NCBI RefSeq assembly: GCF_036321535.1
Contig: NC_087437.1
Span: 119,662,001 to 119,726,000 of the forward strand
Source of the DNA: Camelus dromedarius
Lineage: Eukaryota
Direction: 5' to 3'
Length of the DNA stretch: 64,000 nt
Shown: positions 59,457-64,000 of the stretch, in pieces
Layout of the letters: each line of letters begins with the position of its first letter
Numbering within the stretch: the stretch's first letter is position 1
Made by a program: the position numbers and the translations under genes
Notes under the pieces: model-generated
Seen by the model: the letters and a program-made list of their open reading frames with translations, nothing else
Told to the model about the DNA's origin: nothing
Database searches by the model: none

Positions 59457-61495
59457 GTAAGTCATTTTTCTTCTTTGCTAATTTGTTGGGCAAAACCACA
59501 TCTCCTAGTGCCTTTTCTTTGTATTTCCTTGATTATTTGTGAGGGTGAGCGCTTTTCCCAGAGGCTTACTCTTCACCTGCATTAGCTGTTGTTAACTGTT
59601 TAGACCCTGTTTCTCCAGGACACCCTCACAGATCCGTGTGCGTTCTCTCTGAACTGCAGTGCCCGTGTTCTCCACCTGGGGACAGTTCTTTAGCACCAGT
59701 ACCTTCCCTTGGTGTCCCCTCCTTGGGGACGCCTTTCCCAGCTGCTTCAAGCCACTGCGGACCCCTCCACTGGGCATCTCCCTGCTCGGCTGTGACTTGC
59801 GTTTCCAGATCAACCTCCGTGAGCGCCCCCAGGCCTTGACCCCGCAGTCCAGCACAGAGCCGAGGCTCGGATTACTAAAAATTAGTGAATGCCCTTGGCA
59901 AATTGGGAACCTACAGTAGAGCATAAAGAAGAAAGTGAAAATGACCAATGACGCCGCCTCCCAGGGACGGCGGTGCAGGCGTCTGGTCCTCCCGGGCTTT
60001 TGAACACGGATATATTTGTGCTTAACTGAGTCGTTTCATTGATCACATGCTGGTACCACTTACTATCATGTGGTGAACGTGTCCAAACTTCTTCATAAGT
60101 GTTTTAAAAGACTGAATGGTATTTAACCTTAAGGACATACCAAAATTATCTTGACTCAATCAAAGTTTGATAAAGAATGAGTAGAAATGTTTAATACCAG
60201 TTTGAAGGAGGTAGGGGGCACTACGTGAGAAGATTGTATTCTGTTGAGTTATTAAGAAAACACTGTTTCAGGTGTCCTTTTTGATTCCTTGTTGCTCCCT
60301 GCTCTGGGATGCCCGCCCAAAGCCCTGTCTCGGCTCTGGGCACTGGCCCTTCCTCTGTGGCTCTGGCATGCCTGCTTGCTTTTATGGCTTGCTCTCCTCC
60401 CCAGGCCTGGTTTTTGATGATCTAGCTGCTAGAATAAGCCTCTAAGTGGTTGTGGACCAAATACAGTTGTCAGGAGAGCTCACCAAGTCATTTCTCTCCC
60501 CCTTCACAAAGAGGAGAGTCAGGAAGGTTGTAAACCAGGCTGGTAGTTTCAGGTTTCCTAAGACTGGCACCCACGCCATCTGAGTGCTGAGATGCAACAC
60601 AGAAAAGAACTGGGCTGGGATCTGCTCTGGTCCACACTAGGCCCCTGGCCATCACCTCTAGGCAGTGCTGGAACCCGTCAGCTTAGTCCTGTTTATCTGT
60701 TGCACTGCGTACAGAGTCTCAGTGCAGGGACCCTGAAGGTTTTCCTAAACAGAAGAATGGAAATGTAACGATGCGCATTTATTAAGCAAGATCAGTTTGG
60801 TGAAGACAACTCCAATTCCTTTGATTGGTTCCCTTGTGTTTGATTCATAAAAATCATAACATAGAAAATGCATGCTTTTTTTCCCTTAAAGAGTTTTTAA
60901 ATTGTTAAACCAAAAAATATGTAACCTATAGCATTGAGGGGGGTTTTTAGATTCTGTGCCTTGAGGTTCTCTGCAGTTTTGTCCCAACTAGATAGCGAGC
61001 TCCGGAGAAGGGCACCCGCCCGATTCATCTCTGTCACAGGGACAGTGTCTCACAGGTCAGAGCACTCAGTGACCCGCCTCAGAGGAGAAGGAGCTGAGGC
61101 ACAAAGAGGTAGAGAGTGTTCCAGCGTGACACATCCAGTAAGTGCGGCGTCCGCACAGCAGGGGCCGCGGGCAGCAGGGGATTCTGCCCTCAGCTTGCAG
61201 GGAGAGCACGGGCCGCAGGCGGCAGGCTCCACTTCGGCGCCCCCCACGTGACGTGGCGGTCCCGCGGCCTCTCTCTGAGGCTCCTGCGTCTGCCAGCAGG
61301 AGGGCCGCTGTGATGCACAGGAACTTTGCGGGTATATTTGGTTTTAAAACCTCTTTTAACTTTATGCCACATAACCAGCCCTTAACAGAAGTTATATTAA
61401 AGATGAGGAAGCAGTGAATCAAACTCCATTTTTTTAGGAGAAAAATGGCAAATCAACAAAATAAGCTGATAAAAGGGACTTTGTAGCTCTCTCCT

Positions 61496-61558
61496 ACCAT
61501 CAGCTCCCAGCATGTGTCCTCAAATGACCATCAGCTCCCAGCATGTGTCCTCAAATGA
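61496..61558 (+). repeat. Perfect 31-bp tandem duplication
   Basis: ACCATCAGCTCCCAGCATGTGTCCTCAAATG x2. Confidence 0.95.
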
Positions 61559-62365
61559 TTACACATTCACGCCAACTCATATGCACGCTAACTCATATTC
61601 ACGCTAACTTGCCGTGCTTTCTAGTAGTGGAGCAGCCGCGGTGTCTTGCTCTGACTCACTCTCGTGGCTGGTCAGTCAACAACCAAGGTTTAATGAGTGT
61701 CTCTGATGTGCCAGGCTCAATTCCAGGAAGGATTCACTGCAGGACAGAACAGGGGGTAAATTTCTGCCCTCGTGGAGCCCACATCCTGACACACGCCCTC
61801 CTGCACCCACTGGTCAGCCCTGGGGAGTCACAGCAGGAAAAGAGGTGCTCAGGAGAGTGACGTGGCATCTCTGGGGTCCCCCAGTGCTAAGTGTGGAGTC
61901 AGCCTTTGAGCCTGCATCTTCAGATCCCAGGCCCCCAGCTTTCCTGCCAGGCCACGATACTCTGTGGGGTCAGGGCTGGCGTTCAGAAAGATGATCCCAA
62001 GTGACAGCACAGAAGAGATACCACAGCCAATAAATTGCATTTATTACTGAGTTACATGAGTCTGGTTTCAGAAAGATTTCAGTTTTAAGGATGAAAAACT
62101 AACGATTTCAACCATAGGAGTTAATAGGGGAACTAGAAAACGTAGCTGCCTGGAGGAGCCCAGGGCCCGGCCTTCCTGTGACCGCGGTGAGTGCCAAGGT
62201 CATCAGTGTAGGCTGTTGGGGGACTGTCCCCCTGTGGTGAGCAGGGCAGATTCAGCCGACGGGGCGAAGAGCCTCCTCGTGCACGGCCAGAACTTCCCCG
62301 GCTCCGTGCTGTCTGGGAGAAGATGGGTGAGCGTGTGCTAAGGTTTGGTAGAGAGGACATGAGTC

Positions 62366-62687
62366 CAGTTGTCCCTTGGTTTCTGTGGGAGTTGGTTCTG
62401 TGCCCACCCACCCCCACCTTGGCAGGTACCTAAATCAAAGCACGCTCGATCCCCTTATGTAAATGGTGTTGCATTTGCACGTAACTTACACACATCCTCC
62501 CATGTACTTGAAATCTCTAGATTACTTACAACACCTAATGCAGCGCAAAAGCTGTGTAAGTGGCTGTTGGTGTGTGGCAAGTTCAAGTTGTGACTCTGGA
62601 GTTCTCTGGAGTTTCTGTCCAAGTATTTTCCGTCCATGGTTGGTTCAATCCAGATGCAGACCCCGAGGGTACAGAGGCCCCACTGTA
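62366..62687. mobile_element. MER2-like (TcMar-Tigger) relic
   Basis: CAGTTGTCCCTTGGT..ACATCCTCCCATGTAC..AAATCTCTAGATTACTTA..GGTTGGTTCAATCC..CTGTA. Confidence 0.75.
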
Positions 62688-64000
62688 GTTACACCTCCCT
62701 CCAGGCTGTCAACATAGTGCTTAAAGCAAAAGCACCCTCTCTTCACAGATCATCAAACACAGGCCCAGAGGGAGCTGTAGAGCACGGCCCCTTGGTGTGT
62801 GACCCCTTGGTGTGTGACGCGTGTTCCGCCACACCACACCTGGGCTGAAAGGGCCTGAGCCTTGCTGGAGGCCTCATACACATTTCCAGCCTGCATGCGA
62901 CACGTGTCTGCACCAGCTCCACTGAGGGGGTGACTCCTTACTTGGTCAGCTTCCTGCTTCCATGTCCCTGAGCTGCTGCTCACCTGTGGGCTTAGGACTT
63001 GGAGGAATTTGCAGCAGACAGGCTCAGGCGACAAGTTAGCCGCAGAGGGGAGCTCAGCTGCCAGAACGCTTGGCCAATGGGAGAGTAAGCCCCTGCCAGC
63101 GCCCTCCACTGCCCTGCCAGAGTTCGGGTCCAGCTACTCCCAGAGACACTCAGGCATTTTCTCAGTGACCACTCCCCTAACTGCAGTACAGAAAACGAGC
63201 AGGAAAGCTCTCCACTGGGAAACACTGCCAAGGGGTCTGGAAGCAGGGACAACTGCCCACCTGTCTTGTACACATAGTTTGCTCAGGGCCACCCTTGTAC
63301 ACAGGCAGTTGCCTTGGTGTTATCTCGCGATATTTGCAAAGCAGCTCTCTCCCAGATGCGTCCTAACTTAGGCATCACAGGCTCTAACATCCTACCACTA
63401 ACAAGCCTTTGCCTCGGCTGAGCACAGCTTTCTGCCTTTTCTCTTTACATTAATATTTATTTTTATTCTACTTGGAAATATACAACTTTGTCCCTTCTGC
63501 ACCTCATCTCACAGCCCAGAGGCAACTGCTTTCCACTCCTAGTCTCTTCTCCATGTTTCTAAAGACTGTGAGTTACTGCGATTTTTGGTCCATTTAGCCC
63601 TCTTCTATGCCCGCTCCTTTTGGAGATGTGACCCCGCTCTCTGACACCCCCTCCCACTTCCCCTGTGGGAGATTCTAAGTGCTGTTCCAGGCTGCTGCCT
63701 GGGCCCTTGGCATCCGGGCAGAGAGCCGTTGGGGGGACCGAGTTTCATAAATGAGTCAACCAGAGTCAAATCAAGAGATCTGCAGCCTGAGGCAGCCCGT
63801 GGTCTGGCCACCTCCTCTCTGGGCCCCTGGGGACCCAGCAGGCCTGCCCCCGCATCCTTGATGGCATGTGGCTCCTTGGCGCGGGGACTCTGGTCTGCCT
63901 GGGATACAGGACGCACTCACGGTAGGAGGCTCTTCGCCCTGCTCGTTTTCAACATTAGTGAATGAAGGCAAAACTCCCTCACTTGCAGGGTGAGCGCCGC

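Noticed and set aside
52200..64000. SLC37A1 coding exons
   Set aside because: No MFS-transporter-like coding sequence recognised; the CDS presumably begins beyond the window

Overview
Mammalian genomic DNA, probably a camelid. This is inferred from tRNA-Ala-derived SINEs, artiodactyl-type L1 3' ends, and no recognisable Bov-A/Bov-tA, PRE-1 or Alu SINEs. The window holds the last seven coding exons of UBASH3A (+ strand, histidine-phosphatase domain, stop at 17051-17053) and the complete 9-exon RSPH1 gene (- strand, 307 aa, ATG at 51767). The RSPH1 promoter carries RFX X-box/CCAAT modules. A GC-rich region near 56 kb is probably an upstream promoter with non-coding exons of SLC37A1, inferred from synteny only. 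Between the two convergent genes is a ~14-kb nested stack of transposable elements: an old L1M interrupted by a solo LTR, itself interrupted by a young near-full-length L1 with an 18-bp TSD. I found no new protein-coding system. The most unusual signals are: a young 72-bp inverted templated insertion with a snap-back hairpin inside the dead L1, a possibly spliced (SpIRE-like) L1 5'UTR, a minisatellite that multiplies a UBASH3A splice donor, and a tandemly repeated X-box+CCAAT promoter module. Repeat family names come from recall of consensus sequences, not from a database search, and their boundaries are approximate unless a TSD is cited.
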